A stretch of 64,000 nucleotides of DNA from Octopus vulgaris (lineage: Eukaryota): the NCBI GenBank assembly GCA_951406725.2, contig OX597836.1, positions 14,818,001 to 14,882,000 on the forward strand. The letters run 5' to 3'. This document shows positions 1 to 14,075 of the stretch, piece after piece. Under the pieces are notes generated by a model. That model saw nothing but the letters and a program-made list of their open reading frames with translations. It ran no database searches and was not told the origin of the DNA. The position numbers and the translations under genes were made by a program. Each line of letters begins with the position of its first letter. Within the stretch, counting starts at the first letter, position 1.

Positions 1-25
1 TGACTGTTGCCTACCCTGATGAGCT

Positions 26-330
26 TTATGCGCCAACTGAGCTGGAAGTTTTTTGGGGTTTTTGTGTTTTTTTTTTTTTTGCTTCCTTGGAGCAAAGTTT
101 GTACCACTTGGTCCAGTCAACCACAGTACGCACAAGATCGTTCGGCTTGAGTTCAGCCCACTTCAGATTGGACTTTTGAGAGACTTCGGACACCATTGTT
201 AGCTCCCTTTTTTGGTCTGACCGTAGTCGTGCAACATCGATATTCTTTTTGTATCTCTGCCGTAAGGCTTCATTTCCACACACGCCAGTTGAATTCTATT
301 CGTCCCCAGTCGAAAGACATCTGTTGTTAT
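26..330 (-). mobile_element. Degenerate LINE ORF2 C-terminal fragment, RTE-like (tentative)
   Basis: Minus-strand peptide ...SNLKWAELKPNDLVRTVVDWTKWYKLCS resembles the D-R-x-x-W tail of RTE ORF2. Non-microsatellite sequence; the match is weak. Confidence 0.35.
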
Positions 331-473
331 GTCCTGTTATTATTATTTTTATTGTATTAATATTTGTGTAACATTGTCTGTTTTTCCATCCTTGTTTTTG
401 TATCACCTAGCTGTCCAGATGTTCCATTTTGTATTTTATATATATAATATATAGCGGCGAACGTACACTTTGT

Positions 474-550
<77 letters not shown>

Positions 551-1160
551 TAGTGTATAAAAATTTATACACGGAGAGAAGACCACCATGTCAAAAAGGG
601 AGTTCAAACCACGCATACTGGCCACTGGCAAATATTTTTAATAATTCTTACCCTGTATTTATATGGTTAAATATTTCGATTCTTCGGCCCGAATTTATTC
701 GCCGCTGTACTCTTCTGACACGGTGCTTGGGGATAATTGATTTGAATTCTTGAAGTATAAAAACGGAACTAAATGTGCATGCGTTTTACTTCGTGTTTTT
801 CGGTACGTATTATAGTTTCATAATTATGTATTTTCCAGCGACTATACTGATGAACCACGGATAGTTAATTAATGAATTGATTGACTAATTAATTGATGTA
901 TTTGATCATTAAAGGAGAAACTCATGCGTATAGGTTTAACTGAGACTTTTATTCATTTAGATATCCTGCTCGCTTACAAGGATGCGTGCCTTAATGAAAA
1001 ATCTTTCTTTTCGTGGTTTGCGTTTTGACTGCTCTTTTCAACATGTAATTCTCTCCGTGTTGAAATTTTTATACACTATTATATAGAAATATTTATGCTT
1101 TCTGACTTTATTTCACATGCTGACCACTGGTAAAAATTAGCATTAATAATTTTTACTCTG

Positions 1161-1191
<31 letters not shown>

Positions 1192-1227
1192 ATACATACA
1201 TACATACATACATACATGCATACATAT

Positions 1228-1602
1228 ACTCTTTACTTGTTTCAGTCATTTGACTGCGGCATGCTAGCACCGCCTTTAATCGAGTAACTCGACCCGGGAC
1301 TTATTCTTTTGTAAGCCCAGTACTTATTCTATCGGTCTCTTTTGCCGAACCGCTAAGTAACGGGGACATAAACACACCAGCATAAGCAATGCTAGGGGAA
1401 ACACAGACACACAAACACACACATGCACATATATATATATATATACGACGGGCTTCTTTTCAGTTTCCGTCAACCAAATCCACTCACAAGGCTTTGGTCG
1501 GCCCGAGGCTATAGTAGAAGACACTTGCCCAAGGTGCCACGCAGTGGGACTGAACCCGGAACCATGTGGTGGTAAGCAAGCTACCTACCACACAGCCACT
1601 AC

Positions 1603-1603
<1 letters not shown>
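1228..1603 (-). mobile_element. SINE family A (tRNA-derived head, CORE-like caccttgggcaagt motif, internal microsatellite)
   Basis: Reverse complement of the 5228-5643 copy. Has A-box-like tggctgtgtggtaag, B-box-like ggttcagtccc and tail cagtcaaatgactgaaacaagtaaagagt. Confidence 0.9.
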
Positions 1604-1663
<60 letters not shown>

Positions 1664-1678
1664 ATATATATATATATA

Positions 1679-1865
1679 GGGAGAATTCACAAAAAAAAAA
1701 CAAAAGACGAAGACAGGTGGTGTAGACAACAAACAGATGTATTAGTATAACGCTCGGGAAGTGAAAATTTTTTTAACGTTTCGAGCCTACGCTCTTCCAC
1801 AGAAAGGAACACAGAAAGAAACAAAGAGAGAAAATAAAGAATGTGCAGTGGCTAGCAATCTATCA
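1679..1865 (-). mobile_element. TA-embedded short insert with hammerhead-like motif (probable Penelope-like terminal fragment)
   Basis: Flanked by (TA)n and homologous to 40159-40330. Minus strand reads CTTT-CTGTGGA-A-GAGCgtagGCTC-GAAACGT. Confidence 0.6.
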
Positions 1866-2420
1866 TATATATACACACGCTCATATATACTTACACATAT
1901 ATTAGTGGGGGCGAATGGATGGATCGATCGATCGATGTATGTGTATGTATATTTGGGGAACAACTTGGGGAGCATGTATATTTGGGGAACAACTTTTCTT
2001 TTAAATTTGTTGCATTGAAAACACGATTATATTCTAATTAATTCTTATTTAAGATTATTTAATATTATTTAGAATCGTATCTGCCTATCAAATCCTTATA
2101 CTTCGTTTAGAAAAATAAAGATCCCAAAATCTTCTTTAACAATCAACTTCAGGTTCTTTCATGCTCGTCCTCAGGCATCGAATCGATAAACACATGACCA
2201 AAACATCCCATGAAACGAAGCACGAAATGCGTCATACCAAACCATAAACTGACACTACTAATATATAGCGAAACAATAAGACTAAGAAAGACCGTCTACG
2301 CCGTCGAGACCGCGGGTATTCTCGGATCCTGCACTGCTGATTCCACCGCAAAACCTGGATAATTGCGGCTCGTTTGAGAATTGAGTCCCAAAAGATGGGA
2401 TATCTGTTGCAGCGAGTGTC

Positions 2421-2515
2421 GCCTGTCGATGTACTCAATCGCTTTTTTTCGGAGGATTTCTTAGCCGGGCTCCGCACCTTTCGGTGACATAGATGAGTGT
2501 ATGTTGGTATCTGTG
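2421..2515. repeat. ~95-bp unique-looking sequence duplicated at 13343-13437
   Basis: gcctgtcgatgtactcaatcgc...gatgagtgtatgttggt is present twice with only a few substitutions and indels. Confidence 0.9.
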
Positions 2516-3188
2516 TGTGTAAAAGAGTAAGTACCAGCATTAAAAAAAAAACCGGTTGTTGTTGTTGTTGTTGTTGTTAATGAGGTTGTAATTCTGAATG
2601 TCGTTGTAGTCGTTGTCTTCGTATTTTTTTTTTCATTTATTCTTGTTGCTGATGGTGTCATTGTGGCGGTTGTTGTTGCTCTTAGTGTTGCTGCTAATAC
2701 TACTTTTTTTTTTTAGATATTGTTGTTGCTGTTGCTGTTATTGTAGTTGCTGTTGTTGTTGTTGCTGCCGTGGTTATTGTTGTAGTTGGTGTTATTGTTT
2801 CCGTGCCGGCCTTCCGTTTCTTTTGTTCATTTACAAGACATAATGTATTTCTGTACAAATCTGATGGCCAACAATATATTTATAGATAGCTAGGTACAGA
2901 GAGAGAGAGAGAGGGAGAAAGAGGGGGGGAGAGACAAGTATGCATATATATCTGTGTGGGTGAGTATATATATGCATACGTACATATATACATATATATA
3001 TATAAGTATATATATATACATATATATGTATGTATATATATGTATACAGATATATACACATATATAATATATATGTATATATGTATAAACATATACATAT
3101 ATATACATATACAGATATATATATATATGCGAATAAGTATATTTGTGTGTGCGAGTGTATGCATGTATATATATATATATATATATAT

Positions 3189-3226
<38 letters not shown>

Positions 3227-3231
3227 GGATG

Positions 3232-3329
<98 letters not shown>

Positions 3330-3735
3330 CATATATGTATATGCATATGCTTATATATGCGTTTGTAGAAACAAATTCGTGTCTGCGCCTGCGTGATTAT
3401 CTGTGACCACATTCTTGCACGTTTAAAAACAATGAGAATATTTATATCATTCATATATGTGCATTTGTGTATGCTCGTATATGAGTGTGCGTATATAAAT
3501 GTGTAAATATGCGTGTTTGCGTACATACATATATACGTATATATATATATCAATTTATGTATGTATGTATGCATGTATATACATATATATATCTGTGTGT
3601 GTGTGTGTGTGTGTAAATATGTGCATATATACACACATTTATATGATATTCTTGTTTTAATATATAGATTATAATATGCATATAAGTATATAAATCATTC
3701 ACTCCCTCTGTACTGTATGTATATATATGTGTGTG

Positions 3736-3833
<98 letters not shown>

Positions 3834-4235
3834 TATATACATATATATTTATACACACACACACATATATATATATACATATATATATATACTTATTTAC
3901 ACATGCATGAATATGTATGTATAGATATATATATATGCATATATATATATGCATATATATGTATATATATATATATATACATGTATGTATATATGTGTGT
4001 ATGTATGTATATGCACCTCCCTCATACGGTAGAAACGTAGGTAGACCGTATTATTTAACTATAATTATCGCTTTATCTCAATCCATACGCTCATGCGTGT
4101 GTGCGTGTGCGGGAAAATGTGTGTTAATGTATGAATATATTTCTTTATCCACGCATTACTTCACTTACCTTGACACTACCACAGGAACACACTAAACGCA
4201 TGTATATATTATGCACACACACACACACACACACA

Positions 4236-4271
<36 letters not shown>

Positions 4272-4316
4272 CCCATTTACACATATGCAGAAAATGCATC
4301 AATAATCTCCTTTCTT

Positions 4317-4347
<31 letters not shown>

Positions 4348-4439
4348 TCCTTAACCCTTCTCGTTCTCTTTGCTCCTCTTTCAAACGTATTCAATTTCAG
4401 ATTTGCACCTTTCTTTCTGATTTATAGATAGATAGGGAC

Positions 4440-4514
<75 letters not shown>

Positions 4515-4547
4515 GAGAGGGACAGACAGACAGACAGACAGACAGAC

Positions 4548-4614
<67 letters not shown>

Positions 4615-4677
4615 CAGGTAGAGGGACAGGTATTTAGGTAGACAGACAGAGATATAGATGGAGAGATAGATAGATAA

Positions 4678-4722
<45 letters not shown>

Positions 4723-4739
4723 CAGACAGACAGACATAC

Positions 4740-4834
<95 letters not shown>

Positions 4835-4859
4835 CACGACAGATAGACAGACAGATAGC

Positions 4860-5142
4860 TAGCTTTCTAAGCTGTTTGAGGCATAACATCTGTTTCGACC
4901 ACCGTTTTCCCCGGCAGAAACCAGAATTTCACGGAAGCACGCTGTTCCTTCGTTTCAGCCACTGCAAAAATTGTTGAACGGGGAAGAAGCACTGTAAAAC
5001 AGAGACGCACCACGTGGCAGTACGACTCCAGTCAACGACGCCGGTGGGCAGACCGATGCCTGAGGGCCGCATCAAGTGGCTTCAAGCGACGGAAAGCTGA
5101 ACTACTACGGGTTTGTCCCACAGAGGACGTTTCCAGTTAATT
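4860..5142 (-). mobile_element. Mariner transposon 5' remnant
   Basis: Minus strand encodes [27 protein letters not shown], the mariner N-terminal HTH motif (EQRxxIKFxFxLGKxxxET). TIR-like gtacccaaaattaactggaa lies at the right end. Confidence 0.75.
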
Positions 5143-5179
5143 TTGGGTACACACACACAGACACAAACACATACAAACA

Positions 5180-5227
<48 letters not shown>

Positions 5228-5228
<1 letters not shown>

Positions 5229-5643
5229 GCGTAGGAGTGGCTGTGTGGTAAGTAGCTTGCTTACCAACCACATGGTTCCGGGTTCAGTCCCACTGCGTGG
5301 CACCTTGGGCAAGTGTCTTCTACTATAGCCTCGGCCAACCAAAGCCTTGTGAGTGGATTTGGTAGATGGAAACTGAAAGGAGCCCGTCGTATATATGTAT
5401 ATATATATGTATGTGTGTGTATATGTTTGTGTGTCTGTGTTTGTCCCCCCAACATCGCTTGACAACCGATGCTGGTGTGTTTACGTCCCTGTAACTTAGC
5501 GGTTCGGCAAAAAAAGGGACCGATAGAATAAGTACTAGGCTTCCAAAGAATAAGTTCTGGGGTCGATTTCCTCGACAAAAGGCGGTGCTCCAGCATGGCC
5601 ACAGTCACATGACTGAAACATGTAAAAGAGTAAAGAGTAAGAG
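5228..5643 (+). mobile_element. SINE family A, full length
   Basis: ggcgtaggagtggctgtgtggtaagtagcttgc...ggttcagtcccactgcgtggcaccttgggcaagt...gactgaaacatgtaaaagagtaaagagt, with more than 10 related copies in the window. Confidence 0.92.
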
Positions 5644-6115
5644 CATATGTATGTATGTATATACTCACACATATATATACATTTATATATACATTTATAC
5701 ATACATATGTGTGGGTGTGTGTATAGAGAGACATAGGGAGAGCCAGGGAGAGAAAGTGCAGCTGGATAATTAGTTAAATGGATTAATTATGTTGTAATAA
5801 TTAGTTATATTGATTGATCAATTAAGCTCCACAACATACATTTTATTGAGCTCAGTTCCTTCCACTTTGATGCTTCTTTCATTAATTAGATCGAACGGTC
5901 TTGCTACACACTCTTTAAACGTTTCACAAATACACACACACATACACACACAAACACACGCACGTGTGTGTGCGCGTGCGCGTTCTTGTGTGTGTGTGTG
6001 TGTGTGTGTGTGTTAAAAAAATTGTAAAACTCTTGTCATATCTTACGCAATATTCGATACGAAGTCATTGAAAGTATAGTCCATTGGTGCAGGAATTCCA
6101 TATATATATACACAC

Positions 6116-6167
<52 letters not shown>

Positions 6168-6308
6168 TATATTAAATGTATGTATGTATATGTATATATA
6201 TATATTAAATATATATATATATATTTATATATATGTATATACAGAGAAACAGGGAGTCAGAGAGAGAAATGTAGGTACGTTTGTGTATGTTTATATACAT
6301 GTGTGTGT

Positions 6309-6353
<45 letters not shown>

Positions 6354-6683
6354 CATATATGTTTGTATATATATCTGTATGCATATACATATGTATGCAT
6401 GCATATATATACCCATATTTACATATATATACGTGTATGTGTGTGTATGTGTACAGGAGTGTGTATATGTATATATATGTATGTATGTTAAAAATATATT
6501 TGTATATATGTATATATGTGTGTGTGTGTGTGTGTGTGTATGTGTGTGTAAGTATATAATTATAAAATGTAATTATAAATATATTTCATAATCATATACT
6601 TAAAAATTAATTTTACCGATACGATTATTTTTTATACGCTAGTCACTATTATAATCATTTTAATGATTATCTTAATTTATTAG

Positions 6684-6735
<52 letters not shown>

Positions 6736-6835
6736 TATATGTATAAATACACACATATACCCATATTTACGTATATATATGTGTATATATTTATAATATA
6801 TATATGCATGATATACATATACATATTTACATATA

Positions 6836-7782
6836 CTAACCTTGAAGCCACCCTTCGGGCAGCAAATCAGGCTAGCTCCTGCAGAGGGAAGTTTAGAGGC
6901 CTTCGGAATCAATTTTCCATGTTTTTTTCTTTTTCTTTTCTTTTTTTTTCCATTTTATTCTGACGATGAATATTTGCGACAATTTCACGGAGTTACATGG
7001 ACATCCAAACTCACCGTAGTAATTAATTCGCTTCATATCTTTAGACTTGAACCTCCATTCGTACTAAGCAAGTACAATGTATGACTCTCGTAGCTACCGT
7101 AATTTTTCCATGACTTCACCATTTCCAAAAAAAATATTAAAATGAAATTGATATAAAATGAACAGGATCCATTTCATCTCAATCTCATTCTATCTTCCAT
7201 AACAAATGTTTAGTGGGATACTGTAACCGGAAAAGGAAGATTGGTTTTCTACCTGGACATAAGTTTCATAAACTTACCAAATATAAATATCCACACTACC
7301 CCACCTGAAACGTACCTGTAATAACTCTTTATCTCGTTTTGAATGTACGTGAAGGTATTTAGAATGCCCAAAATTATTTCTGCAAATGTGCTAAGCACTG
7401 ATGCTGATCATAGTTTAACCAATTAGCGTAGGGGCGAGGTAAATGCAGTAAAAATAGGGTGTTCAGTGGGGCCCCATTTAAGCAGCCCTTCAGAAATTGA
7501 ACCTCCTTACGATACTCCCTGGGAGTTCGTGGTATGAAATTCATTGTCAATGCTCTGATTTGGTCTCCAATGCCATGTATTTAGTTTAAAATGCAGTAAA
7601 AATAAGGGTGGGGTTAGTGGAACCCCAATTAGGCGGCCCTTAAAATATAGACCCTCTTAGGACATTCCCTGGGATTAGGGAAGTTGCTGGTTTGAGTTTC
7701 GTTGTCCTTGCACCAACGTCTAGGAGGAGTTAACGAACATAAAAACGTAACGGACAGAGAAACATCACTCGAATTTATATAA

Positions 7783-7785
<3 letters not shown>
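6836..7785 (-). mobile_element. Non-autonomous Helitron-like element
   Basis: Minus strand starts TCgttatataaa and ends with hairpin gctgccc-gaa-gggtggc followed by TTAG|T (degenerate CTAG). Internal ~140-bp imperfect duplication beginning aaatgcagtaaaaata at ~7441 and ~7589. Confidence 0.6.
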
Positions 7786-7842
<57 letters not shown>

Positions 7843-8136
7843 TGTTGCTCCCATCGGAACACAAGGTAAAATCTATAATGAACTCCTGCACTACACTTGA
7901 CAAAACAGTAAGGATCGACTTACACCTTATAATATATTTTTCGCCTTTTCAAGAACATAGATTCTATTGAATGTATATAGCATGGACTCTATTGAATGTA
8001 TGAAACAATTATGAACTATTCCATTATACTCCTTATTATAAAAAAATTCTTTTTGATAAGGTTCGTTATTTCAAGAACCGAAACATGTAAAAATTAAAAT
8101 TTATCTAATATAGTGACATCTTCAAACTTCTTTTTT

Positions 8137-8176
<40 letters not shown>

Positions 8177-8185
8177 AGACAGATG

Positions 8186-8252
<67 letters not shown>

Positions 8253-8349
8253 TGGCAGGGATTACTGCTAGGGAGTCGGCCATATGCTAAAATTAATATT
8301 AATTTATCTCCTCATTATTTAAATATATATATATATATATATATATATA

Positions 8350-8935
8350 CAGGGGTTGGACAAAATAATGGAAACACCTTAAAATTTCAAATAAATTTAT
8401 TTTGATATGGGTAGGACCGCCTTTGACAGTAATTACAGCTTGAATTCTATGAGGTATGGACTCGTACAAAGTTTGAATTGTTTCCAAAGGAATTTTTGTC
8501 CATTCTTCAGCTAAAACAGTCTCCAGTTCTTGTAGTGAAGATGGGGCGAATATCGACTCCTTACTTGTTTTTCTAAAATGCACCATAAATGTTCAATAAT
8601 TCTCAGATCTGGGGACTGTGGTGGCCAGATAAGATGTCCAACTTCACTAGAATGTTCCTCATGCCATTCAGTAACAACTTTAGCTGTGTGAATTGGTGCA
8701 TTATCAATCTGAAAGATTGCGTTTCCCTCCGGAAACAGTTCCGCAACCATAGGATGAATTTGATCAGATAAAATGCCTAAATAGTCTTGGCTATTAATTC
8801 TGCTATGCAGGTAAACCATTGGGCCTGCAGATTTCCAAGATATAGCCCCTCAGGTCATCACAGATCCTCCTCCATGTTTAACAGCTGGAAGACGGCAGTC
8901 TGGATCAAATGCTTCTTTTGGCTGTCTCCAGTGGT
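8350..8935 (-). mobile_element. Tc1-family (DD34E) transposase 3' half with right TIR, frameshifted
   Basis: VKHGGGSVM..., FQIDNAPIHTA, WPPQSPDLRIIEHLW, ...RIQAVITVKGGPT. TIR caggggttggacaaaataatggaaacac abuts TA at 8350. Confidence 0.93.
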
Positions 8936-9124
8936 ATTCGCTGTGATTTTAAAAGTATTTGCTCTTATAGATTGTAATAAACTTACTGTTCAATATTATA
9001 TATTATTAAAATTTTACCTTAGTATTTTGTATGGTATATGTCTCACAGAATGGTTTAAGACGCGTTCTTCATTGACTGAGTTGTGGAATGGTGGTTCGTC
9101 TCTAAATCAGTTAAATGTGTGTAC

Positions 9125-9177
<53 letters not shown>

Positions 9178-9431
9178 GACAGAGAGACAGAGAGAGACAG
9201 AGAGAGACAGAGAGACAGAGACAGACAGACAGACAGACAGAAAGAAAGAGATTTGGTCATACAAACAAGAAAATAGAACACATGAGTATATATACGTTTT
9301 TAATTTAAAAATGTAAAATCTTCAGAAGTTAACAGAGAAACTCAAAGGCCGAGAGTTTCGTGGGTGGCTAGATTTTTCAGCCACTCTGTGACTTCTGCCG
9401 ATTATAAATATAAAAAGGTGCACACACACTC

Positions 9432-9550
<119 letters not shown>

Positions 9551-9645
9551 AAATAATAAGGGTGAAAAATTGAATGTTAATTTGATTAATATCAATTTAA
9601 AACCAGTGGTCTAGCATATATTAAAATCTGAAGATACAGAAAAAT

Positions 9646-9811
9646 TATATTACATACACATAAGTGAGATGACCACTACGTGGACATCCATTATGCTAGA
9701 AGTAGATCCCTTATGCTAGAGGTAGAGTGCAAGTATGCATATGTATTTACACGCGGATCTACTTCTAGCATAATGGATGTCCACGTAGTGGTCATCCCTC
9801 TTATATGCATG

Positions 9812-9818
<7 letters not shown>
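9646..9818. repeat. Fold-back inverted repeat in a TA-embedded insert
   Basis: Perfect 42-bp arms at 9668-9709 and 9755-9796, imperfectly extendable outward. Confidence 0.9.
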
Positions 9819-9857
<39 letters not shown>

Positions 9858-9858
<1 letters not shown>

Positions 9859-10035
9859 CAAACATGGGACAAGAACGCAAAACATCCAGATAGACGATAC
9901 AAAAAACACGGACGGGTCATTCGAAAGCTTTAATCTTCAGTCAAGAACCGGATCTTCCTCGCAATTTCGGTTGATTAATCTTGAGACTGCTCCAATCTGG
10001 CCAGACTCAAGGAAAAACTAAGCTAAGAGCAATAA
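9858..10035. mobile_element. TA-embedded short repeat family, second copy at 33495-33712
   Basis: Shares acaagaacgcaaaacatccag...gacgggtcattcg...ctccaatctggccag...caaggaaaaactaa with the 33.5-kb copy. Confidence 0.7.
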
Positions 10036-10042
10036 TAGATCC

Positions 10043-10099
<57 letters not shown>

Positions 10100-10233
10100 C
10101 ATTTGAAATATACACACATAAATAAATAGACATCTGAATGTATGAATCTTCATATGTTAATATGTGTCAATACTTGCGTGTGTCCATACAATATTTGTGC
10201 GTGCGTTTGTGCACGGGCACGTTCGTACCTTCT

Positions 10234-10291
<58 letters not shown>

Positions 10292-11888
10292 CAAGTATGC
10301 ATATGTATTGGCACGCGGGTGTATTTGCTTTCGTTGGTTTAAATCTATTTACCAATTAATCCCTGGGCAAAATAACAACAACTACAACAGCACTAATCCA
10401 CCACCACCACCACCACCACCGCCGCCGCCACCGCCACCGTCACCACAATAACAACCATAACAACATAATCAAAGAAACACAACTACTACAATAACCAACC
10501 ACCAACCACTACAACCACCACCATCGCGACCACGAATGACAACAACATATAGTTAAAGAATGAAACACAAACTACGACAAAAGAAACAGCGAGGCAACAA
10601 AATGGAGTCTGTTCTTCCCCCTCAAAAATAATGGTGGACGAAAATTACTTTTTAGCTAAATTTCAAAAGCGACAGATTCAAATCTAAATGGATTTATTGT
10701 TAAAAACTTGTTTATACAGATTGCGGTGACGGCTTGGGTTTTAATTTCTTTTCTTTTTGTCTCTCTCTGTCTCTCTATCTCTCTTTCTTTCATTCTCTGT
10801 CTGTCTCTTTCTTTCTGTTTGTCTCTCTATATCGCAGTGTGTTTCAATATGGAGGAAAAGAAGCTGGTTGCTCGGCTCGGCTGGCTGGCTGGCAGGCTGG
10901 TTCTTTGGCGCTGACAAACAGCTTTAAAAGGTTAAGTAAACAATTTGTCGTCTTGACATTGACTGCCTGACTACAAGTTACTTTGGCGCTCTATACACAC
11001 AGACACACACACACACACACACACGTACACACATACACATGCACATACGCATACACACACACACAAGACAGGCATTTATATATATGTATGTACACGCGCA
11101 CACACTCACACAAGTGTATACACAAACTCATACACACACACACACACGCATACACACACACGTACACACACATACACACACATGCACATACGCATACACA
11201 CACAAAGACAGGCATATATATATATATATATATATATGTACACGCGCACACACTCACGTGTATACAAAAACTCATACACACACACACACACACACACACA
11301 CTCAAATATACACGCATATAACCACATATATGCATATACATACATGCGTGCTTAATTCAAATACAAACGTAGATAAATACATATTCGTGAATGTGTGTGT
11401 GTATAGGCCTGTATACATACACACACACACCGACTCAAGACGCACACACGCATGCACACATACACACATACACACACACACTCACACACACATAGCTATA
11501 CATATACAGCTATATATGCTCCAGTATGGAAATCACTGCGATAGGTAAAGCAAACGAGAGAACAAAAGGACATAATCCCTTTTATAAACACAATCACATC
11601 TCGAAACATACAAATATATACACATGTATATATATGTATGTATATACATACGTGTATATTATATGTATGTATAGTTTATCGCCTATTTCTATATTTGCAC
11701 ATGTATTAATGTGTGTACACATGCTAATATATGTGTACACACTCATCACCAACTATACTTTACTGTATGTGTATATATTATATATGTATGTGTGTATGTA
11801 TGCATGTATATATATATGTGTGTGTGTGCCGTGTGTGTGTGTGTGTATGTATATAATCATATATACATATACATATATATAAATGTAG

Positions 11889-11933
<45 letters not shown>

Positions 11934-12093
11934 ATATATATATATTATTCATATTATTATATGGTTGAACGCCACACATCCATTTTCAAGTAAGTTTATA
12001 TATATATATTTATATATACATAAAGAATTTTTTGCGTAATGAGATAAAAAAAAACCAAGGCTGTGTAGATATTAGAGCATTTATAGATAGAAG

Positions 12094-12145
12094 GTCTTAC
12101 AGCTGTTTCTAGGATATTAATTAATAATATCCCTTCATCGGAGAC
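12094..12145 (-). ncRNA. Minimal type I hammerhead ribozyme motif
   Basis: Minus strand: GUCU-CCGAUGA-AG-GGAUAUU(auuaauu)AAUAUCC-UA-GAAAC-AGCU-GUA-AGAC. Stem I GUCU/AGAC, 7-bp stem II, palindromic loop III, core variant U4C. Confidence 0.7.
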
Positions 12146-12589
12146 GGTGTGAGAGAATAGTTAAGTCATAGTTAGTTTAGATGTGATACAAAATAGAGGT
12201 TGATGTAGAGGAAAGAAAATAGATGCAAGATATGTATGGGTATTGAAGTTGTAAATCCGTTTTATAGGCATAATGGTATATACGCAATATACCAATATCC
12301 TATGAGTAAAGTTCAAAAGTCCAACAGAGTTTACAATGAGTCCATCCAAATATAGAGTTTATATATAATGTAAGATTCCCTTATGAGTGAGATCCAGGAG
12401 ATTTTTAAACTTGGTCATTCCCAGAAGAGAATTTATATACAGTGTTGCAGAGTGAAAGGTTTGTATCTAAAGTCACTTTAAATATACATACATATATGTA
12501 TATATACACACACATGCACACATAGTTACCCACACACACACATACGATAATTTTAAGTGCAGGTATTAAGAAAATACATGTTACAGCAA

Positions 12590-13013
12590 CCTGAGAATGC
12601 TGAAATAATTGATGAACATTTTAACCCCACAACAATTTAGGCCAAATTTCGTTAATCAGTTAATCAAAAATCATCTTACACTTTGTTCGAGTGGCCTAGG
12701 TAAAAATGTATTTGTCTTAACCCATCCTTAGCGCATATTCCATCTGTATACAAAATTTCAAGAAAATCGGTTGAAAACTTTGGCAGAAAGTTATGGCAGA
12801 AAAATAACATTCATATAAGAATTTGCATTGAAATATCCCACTTATTTTTGAAAAAATCGATGCTTATTAAAAATTATCGATTTTTTTTTTGAAATTCCAA
12901 GTACGTAAGTGTCCGCATGGGCTAAGCCCCACACACGTGTCAAATTTCATCAAGATCGGTTGGATAGTCTCGGAGGAGTTAAAGTAACAAATTCAAACAC
13001 ACATACACACACA

Positions 13014-13092
<79 letters not shown>

Positions 13093-13135
13093 CCAGAAAC
13101 AGACAGAAATTGCCATTTGTGTATAAAGGTGAAGA
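12590..13135. mobile_element. Probable non-autonomous Helitron/Helentron-like repeat with internal (CA)n
   Basis: Repeated caaaatttcaagaaaatcggttg / caaatttcatcaagatcggttg motifs, then ggaggagtt, (CA)n and a terminal tataaagg. Same layout as the right end of 6836-7785. Confidence 0.45.
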
Positions 13136-13342
13136 AAATTTTCTTAGAATAAAATTTAATTATTACATAAGAAAATCTTAAAACAAATTAAATAATTACA
13201 CACACACATACACACACACACACACAAAACACAAACTGGCATACACACACGCACATACTCGCACATACACACATACACAGACACGTGTCCCATTCCGGCG
13301 GTGTCCACTCCTTATCACAAAAGCAATAATTAATCCTTTGTT

Positions 13343-13437
13343 GCCTGTCGATGTACTCAATCGCTTTTTTCGGAGGTTTTCTTAGCCGGGCTTCGCACCT
13401 TTCACGTGACATGGATGAGTGTATGTTGGTGTCTCTG
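13343..13437. repeat. Second copy of the ~95-bp element at 2421-2515
   Basis: Direct alignment by eye. Confidence 0.9.
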
Positions 13438-13472
13438 CGTGCGTGTGTATGTGTGTGTGCATGTTTTTATAA

Positions 13473-13529
<57 letters not shown>

Positions 13530-14075
13530 TGCATCTGTTTGTGTGTCTGTGCTAGTCCTTAATCATCACTTGACAACCGATGTTGGTGTGTTTACGTCCA
13601 CGTAACATAGCAGTTCAGCAAAAGAGGCCGATAGTATAAGTACCAGGCTTACAAAGAATAAATCCCGGGGTAGATTTCTTCGACTAAAAGGCGATGCTCC
13701 AGCACGGTCGCAGTCAAAGAGAATGCTGTACACAGATATTCCACCATGCACATGCCCACGTATAACGCTTACGTAAATTGACACGTAAATACAAAGATGA
13801 CCAACGATGTATGCTCCACAGTTAAGTTATTCGCGAGCTCGATCTCGATGCACGGTGGCTCAGACTAGAATCTTCTGCCGATTGGGACAATATGCCGTTA
13901 GTGGAATACGGAAACTGTGCTTGAGTCAATGTGTATGTATATGTGTACGCGTGCCTACGCATATGTGTGTACTTCTGTACGTATGTTTACAAGTGTTTGC
14001 AACTTTGTTTGACAAAATTACAATAGTAATAGAATATTGTAGTGATGTTTCATTCCCTAACCAGACGAGCATATA

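Noticed and set aside
10-50. CTGATGA at 16 (and at ~848) as hammerhead cores
   Set aside because: No properly placed GAAAC-GUH or stem I partner.
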